DNA of 20,573 bases, from NCBI GenBank assembly GCA_964499705.1, contig CAZCME010000021.1, forward strand, positions 62,001-82,573, read 5' to 3'. This document shows positions 1 through 8,451 of the stretch, piece after piece. Both the position numbers and the translations under genes were made by a program. Below the pieces are notes generated by a model that worked only from the letters and a program-made list of their open reading frames with translations, ran no database searches and was not told where the DNA came from. How positions within the stretch are numbered: position 1 is the stretch's first letter; every line of letters starts with the position of its first letter. This DNA comes from an uncultured bacterium. Lineage in GTDB: Bacteria; UBA8481.

Positions 1-210
1 GGCGGGGATGAGCTTCACGATGCCGCCGAAGCGATTGGGCGTCAGGGCCGTCAGTTGCTGCATGAGCCTGTAGCAGATGTAGAGGCCGTCGAGCTCGTCG
101 CCGTGGATTCCCGCGACGATCGTGACGAGGTCCTCGCCGCTGCCGAAGGAGCGGGAGTAGAGCTTCAGCCTCTGGTCGAGAGGCATCTTCAAGTCGAGGA
201 AAGTCTCCAT
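1..210 (-). CDS. Succinylglutamate desuccinylase/aspartoacylase (M14-like zinc hydrolase) family protein, N-terminal part, truncated by the window edge
   Basis: Not in the ORF track. Manual translation from ATG at 210 gives METFLDLKMPLDQRLKLYSRSFGSGEDLVTIVAGIHGDELDGLYICYRLMQQLTALTPNRFGGIVKLIPA..., open to position 1. AGIHGDE is the HxxE zinc-binding motif of AstE/AspA-type M14 enzymes. Confidence 0.8.
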   Translation of the reverse strand, partial: METFLDLKMPLDQRLKLYSRSFGSGEDLVTIVAGIHGDELDGLYICYRLMQQLTALTPNRFGGIVKLIPA

Positions 211-220
211 CAGGCGCGAT

Positions 221-273
221 GGATGAAGGGTGAATCATGAAGGATGATTCGTTTCATCCTTCTCCGATCATCC
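221..273. repeat. Intergenic heptamer-repeat hairpin (GGATGAA-type units)
   Basis: GGATGAA GGGTGAA TCATGAA GGATGA followed by inverted copies. Perfect 9-bp stem 239-247/254-262 (GAAGGATGA/TCATCCTTC); outer GGATGA 221-226 pairs with TCATCC 268-273. Confidence 0.65.
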
Positions 274-281
274 TGTTCTTG

Positions 282-668
<387 letters not shown>

Positions 669-898
669 TCAATCGGGGAATCGTCGTCGCCGGTTGGCTG
701 GCCCGCGGTATGGAATTCACCGCGGACAGGGGAGCCGGCGACATCCTCTTCTCGTCGCGATTGAGATTAAGGAATAACGCGGAGTCTGTCCAATTTCTTT
801 TCGTGGCCGGTCCGAGGAGCTGGCTGCCGTCCACGTTCGAAGCGCTGAGGCCGGGGCGGTTCAATGCGGCGAGGCGTTCCATGACTTTGCTCATGGTA

Positions 899-927
899 TG
901 GTCAATCGGCGTTTTCCTCGGTAACCT
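899..927 (+). promoter_or_regulatory. Putative sigma70 promoter for a leaderless methyltransferase-MBL-xerD transcript
   Basis: TGGTCA (899-904), 17-bp spacer, TAACCT (922-927), 6 nt, then ATG 934; no Shine-Dalgarno. Confidence 0.5.
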
Positions 928-933
928 TGATGC

Positions 934-1608
934 ATGCAGCCCAGCCCGACGTTTTTTAATCGCATCGCGCCCTTTTACGGCCAGCAATGGACGATCGAGG
1001 AGGAGAGCCGGCGGGCGGCGGCCGCGCTCGTGAAGAAACTTGCGCAACTTTGCGCAGGCAGGTCCGTCATGCTCGAGGTGGGATGCGGAAACGGGCGGAC
1101 GCTCGCCAATCTGCCGGAGGGAATGATCGGGCTCGATTACTCCATGGAGATGCTGCGTGAAGCGCGGTTGCGCGCGCCTTCGGCCAGGCTTGTCCTGGGT
1201 TCCGCGACAAGTCTTCCGTTCCGGAGAGGTCGCGTCGATATTCTCGTGGCGGTGAACGTCATTCACAATCACGATGATGTTTCGCCCTGGCTCCGCGAAT
1301 TTCGCGCCGCCGCGAAGTCGCTCGTTGTGGACTTCCGGAATTTCAGGAGCCCGGTCGTGCTGTATAAGTATCTCAAGTACCGCAACACGCTCGCCATCAA
1401 TTATCATCCGCATTATCCGGGACGGTTTCGCCGGATGCTCAGGGACGCGGGATGGAGGGATGTTTCCTTCAAGAGCGTGCACAGGCCGATCACGGATCCG
1501 AAGGAGGGATTCCTCCTTCGTCATGTGGCGGGTTGGCTCCTCTCGCTTCTCCCTGGTTTGTCCCCGTGCTATGTTTGCTGTTGCAGCGGATATCGAGAGG
1601 AAAGCTGA
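934..1608 (+). CDS. Class I SAM-dependent methyltransferase
   Basis: Motif I MLEVGCGNG, IGLDYSMEML, GSATSLPF..VDIL; N-terminal FFNRIAPFY. Confidence 0.88.
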   Translation: MQPSPTFFNRIAPFYGQQWTIEEESRRAAAALVKKLAQLCAGRSVMLEVGCGNGRTLANLPEGMIGLDYSMEMLREARLRAPSARLVLGSATSLPFRRGRVDILVAVNVIHNHDDVSPWLREFRAAAKSLVVDFRNFRSPVVLYKYLKYRNTLAINYHPHYPGRFRRMLRDAGWRDVSFKSVHRPITDPKEGFLLRHVAGWLLSLLPGLSPCYVCCCSGYREES

Positions 1609-2264
1609 TGATTCGAAAGGATGGAGCTTCGGGCGGAGTGTTCGCGGTTGTTCGCGATCTCGCCTGGGGAGAATTCGACGAGAATACGTACGTGGTCGGC
1701 GATGAATCGGGCTGTGTTGTCTTCGATCCAGGAGCGCCCGCCGACCTGATTCTTCCCCTGGTGGCAGGCCGCAAGGTCGCCGCGATTCTGCTGACGCACA
1801 CGCACCTGGATCATATTCTCGGGGCGGACGAATTGCGCGACGCTACCGGAGCTCCGGTCGTGGCGCCGGCCGGGGAGGCGACCGGCCTCGAAGATCCGCG
1901 CGTCAATCTGTCCGCGGCCTACGGAGTGGATATCCGCCGCCGGCCCGCCGAGAAGGTGGCGCGCGCCGGCGACAGGTACCGCGCGGGCGGCATCGAGCTC
2001 CAGGCGTGCAACACGCCGGGCCACTCGCCCGGGCATCTCGCCTGGAAGTCGCTCGCTCCCGCGGAAAAGTTCGTCATCTCCGGAGATGCGCTCTTCTCCG
2101 GCTCCATCGGCCGCACCGATTTTCCCGGCGCGTCCCATGATCTTCTCATCGCGTCGATCCGGCGCGAACTGCTGACGCTTCCCGACGAGACGATCGTCTA
2201 TCCCGGGCATGGACCGAGGACGACGGTCGGCACGGAACGAAAGTATAATCCGTTCCTGAGATGA
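1608..2264 (+). CDS. MBL-fold metallo-hydrolase (glyoxalase II-like)
   Basis: THTHLDH (HxHxDH), TPGHSPG, SGDALFSGSIGRTDFPG, VYPGHG, ERKYNPFL. Start moved from the track's 1452 to ATG 1608, which overlaps the upstream stop (TGATG). Confidence 0.93.
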   Translation: MIRKDGASGGVFAVVRDLAWGEFDENTYVVGDESGCVVFDPGAPADLILPLVAGRKVAAILLTHTHLDHILGADELRDATGAPVVAPAGEATGLEDPRVNLSAAYGVDIRRRPAEKVARAGDRYRAGGIELQACNTPGHSPGHLAWKSLAPAEKFVISGDALFSGSIGRTDFPGASHDLLIASIRRELLTLPDETIVYPGHGPRTTVGTERKYNPFLR

Positions 2265-3187
2265 AGCCGGGAGAATCGGAGTCGGCTCCTCTTCCGATCG
2301 CGTGGACGCGCGAGCTGTCCGCCTTCAGGGATCATCTCGCGGTCGAGCGCAATCTCTCCCGCAATACCGTCGAAGGATATCTGCACGATCTCAATCGCGC
2401 GGTCGTCTTCTTCATCAGTCGTCGCCGCCGGTCGGCGGCGGATGTGACGCGCAGGGACGTCCAGGAGCATATCGGCGGGCTTTCCGACGAGATGATCTCG
2501 ACCAGGTCCGCGGCCCGCGCCCTGTCGGCCCTGCGAACTTTCTATAAATTCACGACCGCGGAAAAGGGGATGACGAGCGATCCGACGGAGGACGTCGAAG
2601 GTCCCCGCCCGCGCCGCGCGCTGCCGAAATTGCTCGGCCGCGATCTGACGGCGAAGATCATCGAATCCGTCGACATCACCCGGCGCGGCGGGATCCGCGA
2701 CCGGTCGATCCTCGAACTTTTGTACGGGTCCGGCCTGCGTGTCTCCGAGGTCATCGCCGTCAAGCTGGGAGACCTCTCCTTCGACGACGGCGTCCTCCGT
2801 GTGAAGGGGAAAGGCAGCAAAGAACGGATCGTTCCGCTCGGACGGTCCTCGATCCGTTGGATCGGCAGGTATCTCGCCGAAGAGAGAGCATCGCTTCTCG
2901 GCCGCAGACTCGACACGGGAAATCTCTTCCTGAATGTTCGGGGAACTGGCCTGTCGCGGCAGGCGGTGTGGTTGTTGGTGAAGGCCTCAGCCCGCAAATC
3001 CGGAGCCCGCATTTCCCCTCATACCCTCAGGCACGCCTTCGCGACACACCTGGTCGAGGCCGATGTCGACCTGAGAAGCGTCCAGGAAATGCTCGGCCAC
3101 TCCGACATTTCCACGACGCAGGTCTATACGCATGTCTCCGGCGAGCGCTTGCGCGCCGTGCACAAGAAATATCATCCGAGGGGATAG
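2261..3187 (+). CDS. xerD: Site-specific tyrosine recombinase XerD
   Basis: VERNLSRNTVEGYLHDL, LLYGSGLRVSE, VKGKGSKERIVPLG, SPHTLRHAFATHL, DLRSVQEMLGHSDISTTQVYTHV and C-terminal YHPRG. ATGA overlap with the upstream gene. Confidence 0.92.
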   Translation: MKPGESESAPLPIAWTRELSAFRDHLAVERNLSRNTVEGYLHDLNRAVVFFISRRRRSAADVTRRDVQEHIGGLSDEMISTRSAARALSALRTFYKFTTAEKGMTSDPTEDVEGPRPRRALPKLLGRDLTAKIIESVDITRRGGIRDRSILELLYGSGLRVSEVIAVKLGDLSFDDGVLRVKGKGSKERIVPLGRSSIRWIGRYLAEERASLLGRRLDTGNLFLNVRGTGLSRQAVWLLVKASARKSGARISPHTLRHAFATHLVEADVDLRSVQEMLGHSDISTTQVYTHVSGERLRAVHKKYHPRG

Positions 3188-3246
3188 AGGGGACATTCGA
3201 TCCCAGAAATGGGGGATGTTTCGCGGGAGTCACTAATGCCGCCGCC

Positions 3247-3275
3247 TTGCCCATGGCCGGATCGCAAGCTATACT
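3247..3275 (+). promoter_or_regulatory. Putative sigma70 promoter, leaderless start
   Basis: TTGCCC (3247-3252), 17-bp spacer, TATACT (3270-3275), 6 nt, then ATG 3282. Confidence 0.65.
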
Positions 3276-3281
3276 TCTCGC

Positions 3282-3662
3282 ATGGGACGCGTTTATTCGG
3301 AAGTTAAAGTGGACACCCGATCGCTCTGGGCGCTCTTCGATACCGGTTCACGAAATAGCTACGTCACTCGTCATACCGTGGACGGATTGCCTCTTCGACG
3401 GCTCCCTGTCGCGCGCTTCGTCGGCCTTGAGGGCGAACACCGAAACCTTGAGGATATCTGTGATCTCCTGGGCGCGGAAATCGAGGGGAAGACCGTTGAC
3501 CTGCAAGCTTACGTCATCGAAAATCTGGGGCAGGCCGACAACAATCGGCCTCTCGACATGATCTTCGGAGCTCTCGCGATGCAACAGTGGGGCATTCATC
3601 CCGTCCCCGAAAAGGAATGTCTCGACCTCTCCATGTACCCCAAGGAATTCATCGAATATTGA
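3282..3662 (+). CDS. Retropepsin-like (clan AA) single-domain aspartic protease
   Basis: 126 aa; ALFDTGSRNSYV (DTG catalytic motif) and late DMIFGALAMQQWGI (hydrophobic-Gly motif of retropepsins). Confidence 0.8.
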   Translation: MGRVYSEVKVDTRSLWALFDTGSRNSYVTRHTVDGLPLRRLPVARFVGLEGEHRNLEDICDLLGAEIEGKTVDLQAYVIENLGQADNNRPLDMIFGALAMQQWGIHPVPEKECLDLSMYPKEFIEY

Positions 3663-3891
3663 TCGATTCACGCCACCGCTCGCATGCTCATGAAAAACGA
3701 CAATATCATCCCGATCTTCATCCATACGGGATCCGTAATACCGATGGATCCGGACCGCGTATTCACGCTGATGACGATCACCATCTTCTCCATGTTCATG
3801 AAGAAGTTCCCTTTTCAGTGGACGATTTCCGCGAGCGACAGACAATCGACTTGAACGGTTCCTATCGACAACTTCTTCCCCACCGATTTAC

Positions 3892-5228
3892 TCAGTAGCC
3901 CCTGTGGGCCATACTTGGATCTTCGGGGCTGAAACTAACCATGCCTGCCGTTGAGGAATAGAACCGCCATGCCTGATTGGAGCTCTTGCAACCTTGTCCC
4001 TTATTAATCCTTGTATAGAAAATATACGATTGCCCATTGCCGACATAGAGGTAGGGTTCTCCCCATGGATTCAGCCAAACGTTTTTCGGCTCCGTCGTTT
4101 CCAAGATCCGCGTTACGTCGGCCGGATTCATGCTTGCAGGGAATTTTCCCGCATGTTCTGAAAAATACATCGAAAGCGCCTCGTTGATCCTGCTGAAGTC
4201 GGCGTCCACCTGGCTTACTTTGGATTGGCAGACCGATACGGGCTCGGGAAACATCTCTTCCACCCAGCTTGTCTTTGATACATCAGTATCGGAGATATCC
4301 CTAAGCCAGAGCATAATAAAAGCGTTCAGAAGCGGTCGAAGATCAGGAGCGATCATTCCTTTGAAAACGAGATGGGTTCCCTCCATGTAACCCGTCCAAT
4401 TAAATTCAATTTTAGCCTCCTCAACAGCACCGTCGTCGGGCGCAACCAGATTGCTCAAGCGCCCGGATATCTCTATGACATGCGGCCGCTCGGACGCCGC
4501 GACGGAAACGTCGCCGAATTTCTGGGCGCCCTCCATGTCGGTGGAAAGGCCTAACCACTCGCCGCTGGACAAGAACACGAGTCATTCGAGAGGGAAATGT
4601 TGGTTTCGCCTGCGGCGAGCAACACCGCGAGCTTCAACCTCGCTTCGCTATTCGAAAAGATCCGCGCTTGATCACGTCGCGCAAGAAAGATTGGAATCGA
4701 GTCATCGCATTCCAGCATGGTCCACCCGAAATAATCTCCCGATCCGTTTCCCGAGCGAAATCCCATGGCGCGAATCCAATCCTCGTCGAGGCCTTGCGCC
4801 GAATCAGTGTCCTTCCATTCGACCACCGCTACATAAGAAGGCAAACCCGCTTGGAAGTCCTCGGCGCGATAAATCGCAATGGCGGCCCTGAACTCGATGT
4901 CCTTCACGTTGATACCTTGCAAATCTCCCAATTGATGGGCCGCCGCCCAACCGAAAGCAAGAGAAAGAAGCCGAGCGGCGGCATCGTCATAGTCCATACA
5001 CTCAACTTCCGCATAACCGCAAGCCCCCGCAGGAACGATCGCCGCAAGCTCCCCCAATTTCCAACGCTTGGTCATCGTGGCGTGGAATACAAAAAACGCG
5101 AAAATCAATGCGGCTCCGATCACAAACGCAATCAGCGTCAATCGATTTCGAGGGCCGGATCGATTCGATTCAGACACGCGAGATTGATACTCTTCGAAGG
5201 AACGGGTCCTTGCCAGACGGGGTCGCAT
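3892..5228 (-). pseudogene. Membrane-anchored protein with C-terminal GspG/pilin-like domain, split by an apparent 1-bp deletion near 4580 (track ORFs 4551-5228 and 3892-4578)
   Basis: 5' ORF has a TM helix (LTLIAFVIGAALIFAFFVF). 3' ORF ends in DFSRINEALSMYFSEHAGKFP...LNPWGEPYLY, like the DPWGxPYxY motif of GspG heads. The span is 1337 nt, one short of a multiple of 3; adding a base near 4580 joins the frames as ...NISLSND-x-VFLSSGEW.... Could also be a sequencing error or two genes. Confidence 0.55.
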
Positions 5229-5290
5229 GACGGCGTGGTCGGATCACATGCTTCTATCCATGGACACAAAAACACTTTTTCGCTCTTGGA

Positions 5291-5552
5291 TCATGTCGAC
5301 CCATCACCAGATGCGCCGACGAATTTGTACAAATCTCCATGCGTGCCAATTTCATCAACTCATCGTATTCCACCTGTTTTCCCGTCCGCTTTTCTATCTC
5401 TACGATCAGATCCGCTATATCGAGGCTGTCCAAGTCCATTTTCTGGAAGAAAGTCTTTTTTCCCTGGAGAATCTCCATAGGTACCTCGAATATCTCGTTA
5501 AGTATGATCCGAATTTTCTTCTTTGCGCTTGTCACGATTCTTCCGTAGGCAT
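5291..5552 (-). pseudogene. Acyl carrier protein with two apparent single-base deletions
   Basis: Core DLDSLDIADLIVEIEKRTG has the phosphopantetheine Ser (DSL). Restoring one A near 5538 and one near 5351 gives MPTEE-IVTSAKKKIRIIL...YDELMK-IGTHGDLYKFVGASGDGST*, with a normal ACP C-terminal TxGDL helix. The span is 262 nt = 264 minus 2. Confidence 0.7.
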
Positions 5553-5718
5553 TTCGCTTTTGATGACAGATGTATTCATCACGCCAAAGGCGAAATTGTT
5601 GGAGATATTGTAAATAAGCAACTTTGATGCGCGCGTTGTAACCTCATATTCACAATGTGGGAATGTAGGCCACTCCGTCCGTCCCTGGACTCTCGCGGCA
5701 CTTCCTCCTTCCTGGGGG

Positions 5719-6507
5719 TCAGGAGAATGTCCCCACTGTGTTGCGGAGTGTTCCGATTCCCTCGATGATCACCTCGATGAGGTCTCCAGATTTGAGAAAC
5801 CGCTGAGGATTCCGGGCGAAGCCGACACCATGGGGAGTGCCGGTCATGATGACGGTGCCGGGCAGGAGCGTCATACTACGCGAGATGAAGCTGATGAGAT
5901 CGGCGACAGGGAAGATCATGTCCTCCGTCGTGGAATCCTGCATTGTTTCTCCGTTCAGATCGAGCCTGATCGATAATCGGGAAGGATCCAGATCGGTTTC
6001 GATCCAGGGACCAAGACACGTGAATGTATCGAAGGATTTCCCCCTGGCCCACTGCTTGTCGCGCCGAAACTGGCAGTCTCGGGCGCTGACATCGTTGCCG
6101 CAGGCATAACCGAGCACATGATCCAAAGCTTCCGCAGGAGAGACGCTGCGCGCTTCACGCCCGATCACGACCGCGAGCTCGGCCTCGTAATCGACCTCAT
6201 CCGGCGCCTCTTGCGGCAACACGATGAATTCGCCGGGACCATTGAGGGAGGACGTCGCCATTAAAAATATCACGGGCTCCGTCGGATACTCCCATCCCTT
6301 TTCATCAGCGTGTTTTCTGTAATTGAGGCCGATTCCGATGATGTTGGGTGGAACGATCGGCGGCAGGAGTGTCACTTCTGAAAGAGCGTCGACGGTTCCA
6401 TCATATGTGAGAAGATGCGTGGGCGATCCGAGAAGTCGTCTTATGGAGTTCTCCTCCACTACGCCGTAGTGCATCGCGGAACCGAGACGGTATCGGGCGA
6501 TTTTCAC
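5719..6507 (-). CDS. Fumarylacetoacetate (FAH) hydrolase family protein
   Basis: IGIGLNYRKHA, VDYEAELAVVIG, NDVSARDCQ, WARGKSFDTF, TLLPGTVIMTGTPHGVG. Start set at GTG 6507 (GGAGA 7 nt upstream) instead of 6540. Confidence 0.95.
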   Translation of the reverse strand: MKIARYRLGSAMHYGVVEENSIRRLLGSPTHLLTYDGTVDALSEVTLLPPIVPPNIIGIGLNYRKHADEKGWEYPTEPVIFLMATSSLNGPGEFIVLPQEAPDEVDYEAELAVVIGREARSVSPAEALDHVLGYACGNDVSARDCQFRRDKQWARGKSFDTFTCLGPWIETDLDPSRLSIRLDLNGETMQDSTTEDMIFPVADLISFISRSMTLLPGTVIMTGTPHGVGFARNPQRFLKSGDLIEVIIEGIGTLRNTVGTFS

Positions 6508-6521
6508 GGCGTTGTCTCCCG

Positions 6522-8180
6522 CTATTTCCCTTCGATCCATTGCAGGACCGCGTCGTATTTCGGTGCCTCAGCCCGCGGCTGGCCCTGGTACTCGATCAGG
6601 CCCCACCGGCCGCCGCTGCCGGGCTGGCCGCAGTGCATGAGGTGGGTGAAGAGTCCGCCTCCGGAGAGCCGGCTCCATTCCGAGATCAGCGTCGTGTACA
6701 GCCTGCCCATGCGCGGATCGCGGTTGGCCGCGTCGAAAAGGGCTTCCACCCTGGCATCCTTCGGCTCGCCGAGATTGCAGAGGTGCTGGCCGGCTTCATA
6801 TGTGATGAGCGGCAGGCTGTGTCGGCGCGCGATCTCCGCATGCTCGGCGATGCAGGCGATCGTCTGCGGAAGCGTCTTCGTCTCGAGTTCACGGAAGAGC
6901 TGGTCGAGTGTCATGCGCCCGACCACGGCGGCGGAATCGGGAAGGCCCAACTCGTACCCGAAGTACGGGGCGGTGGCGAGTGCGTCAACGTCCGCGGCGG
7001 TTCCGTTCCAGGCGAGCATCTCATCGGCGATCGGAGGATAATCCGCCTGCCCGGCGAGAAGGACGACAACTCGATCCCGGCCCAGGACCTCGCGGAAGAT
7101 CGCCCCGATTTCGCGTGTTCGCCGCGCGTGATACCGGTTGCCGGCGTTGTACGCATCCTCGGCAAGACCCAGCTCGAGGCCGCGCCGCTCCGCATACGCA
7201 TGTTCAGGGAACATCGGGTTCCAGACTTCGTTCGAATGTTCAATATAGACTTTACGGTCGGGTTCGAGCTTGTTCTTCAGAAGCTCGGCGAAACTTCGCA
7301 CAAATTCATCCTCGGCTTCGTGCGGGATGTTGAACCAGGCGTCCACGTCCAGGCGGTTGACGAGATCCGCCATGATCTCGATCGGCGGTCCGCTCCTCGA
7401 ACTCTCCCAGCGGGCGTCGGTCATGAGCGGCCTCTGGCTCCAGACGTGCGGCGTATGCGCCGCATCCTCGGCCGTCGGGCCGAACGTCCAGCCGAGGAAA
7501 CGGATCAGGCGATAGCCACGGAGGCTCTCGATGAACGCAGGGTTGAAAATCTCATCGGGCTTCGCGTTCGGCATGAGCACGCGGATATTCCGGATATGAT
7601 TCCTGGGATTTACAGCGGTAAGATAGAGGGCGAGTCCGGCGTTCGTATCCGTCACCGTTAGCTCGATGACGTCGCGTCCCGGGCCGTGCTCGACGACGCG
7701 CGCTACGTCGTATTCGATCGTGCCTTCACCTTCGTACGTCACGGTGAAGCGGCCGGCCGGAACGCGATACACGCCACTGCCGGACGCGTCCGGGACCCAC
7801 ATCTGCGACCCGAACATCATGACCGTGATGGCGCGCTGTCCGCGGCGGAGCGATCGTACCCAACCGTGCTCGTCGAGATCGAGCGGACGGCCGTCGTCCC
7901 ATACGTCGGCGGTGCCGGACATCCATGGGCTCGACGTCTTGAAGATGTCGTTGAACGGGAACTCCGTGGAATAGGAAATAAGACCGTCGAGGCCTGTGCC
8001 AATGGGGGAGCGGGGTATTGTCGAAGCGGGTTCGATTCGGATTTCCGCAGGCGGCGGCGGTGAGGGCGGAGTCTGCTTGGCGCAGGCTTCCGTGGAGAAG
8101 ATTACGCAGAGACAGGTCAAGGCAACGATGCCGCGAACTCGCCTCAAGATTTTCATGCCTGCCAGGGTGCGATCATTCAT
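6522..8180 (-). CDS. Secreted putative glycoside hydrolase-like protein (family often annotated as cellulose-binding domain protein)
   Basis: Signal peptide (RRVRGIVALTCLCVIFSTEACA), Pro-rich linker, LDLDEHGW, FNPAFIESL..Y..IRF, DAWFNIPH, VYIEHSNEVWN, AxAPYFG, YEAGQH. The NE and YE glutamates fit a clan GH-A-like catalytic pair (inference). Confidence 0.7.
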   Translation of the reverse strand: MNDRTLAGMKILRRVRGIVALTCLCVIFSTEACAKQTPPSPPPPAEIRIEPASTIPRSPIGTGLDGLISYSTEFPFNDIFKTSSPWMSGTADVWDDGRPLDLDEHGWVRSLRRGQRAITVMMFGSQMWVPDASGSGVYRVPAGRFTVTYEGEGTIEYDVARVVEHGPGRDVIELTVTDTNAGLALYLTAVNPRNHIRNIRVLMPNAKPDEIFNPAFIESLRGYRLIRFLGWTFGPTAEDAAHTPHVWSQRPLMTDARWESSRSGPPIEIMADLVNRLDVDAWFNIPHEAEDEFVRSFAELLKNKLEPDRKVYIEHSNEVWNPMFPEHAYAERRGLELGLAEDAYNAGNRYHARRTREIGAIFREVLGRDRVVVLLAGQADYPPIADEMLAWNGTAADVDALATAPYFGYELGLPDSAAVVGRMTLDQLFRELETKTLPQTIACIAEHAEIARRHSLPLITYEAGQHLCNLGEPKDARVEALFDAANRDPRMGRLYTTLISEWSRLSGGGLFTHLMHCGQPGSGGRWGLIEYQGQPRAEAPKYDAVLQWIEGK

Positions 8181-8451
8181 AAGTCCTGTGCAACATCTTT
8201 CCGATCAAAGTCCATAGATCAGGAAGCATTTCGCGCCTCGGCTCATTTCCACAATAATACCCGTACATTCGCGTGCAGTTTAAGAATTAATGAATACGGG
8301 CTGGTGAGATCGACCTGATTCTCGGATCCGCGCTCAAGGTCTTCTCCGGCGCGAATCATTCCACCCGGATCAGCAACCCATTTCGATAAGCATAGGAGCT
8401 TTCTTTCGAGGATACCAGACCCGGAGCGCGGTGATCTATTCGGTATTTGCT

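Noticed and set aside
2261..3187. Tyrosine recombinase as an integron or prophage integrase
   Set aside because: Motifs and length match chromosomal XerD; no IntI-specific insertion, and I found no attC, att or dif site nearby.
3663..3891. Possible small gene between the protease and the GspG-like ORF (track ORFs 3587-3898 and 3348-3845)
   Set aside because: No frame gives a recognisable product or RBS; both ORFs overlap the protease gene.
4570..5552. Programmed ribosomal frameshifting to explain the split genes
   Set aside because: No slippery heptamer or stimulatory structure at the three breaks; simple deletions or sequencing errors are more economical.
8181..8451. Riboswitch upstream of the secreted hydrolase-like gene
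   Set aside because: Only a weak CCCGTA/TACGGG pairing; no recognisable c-di-GMP or other aptamer consensus.
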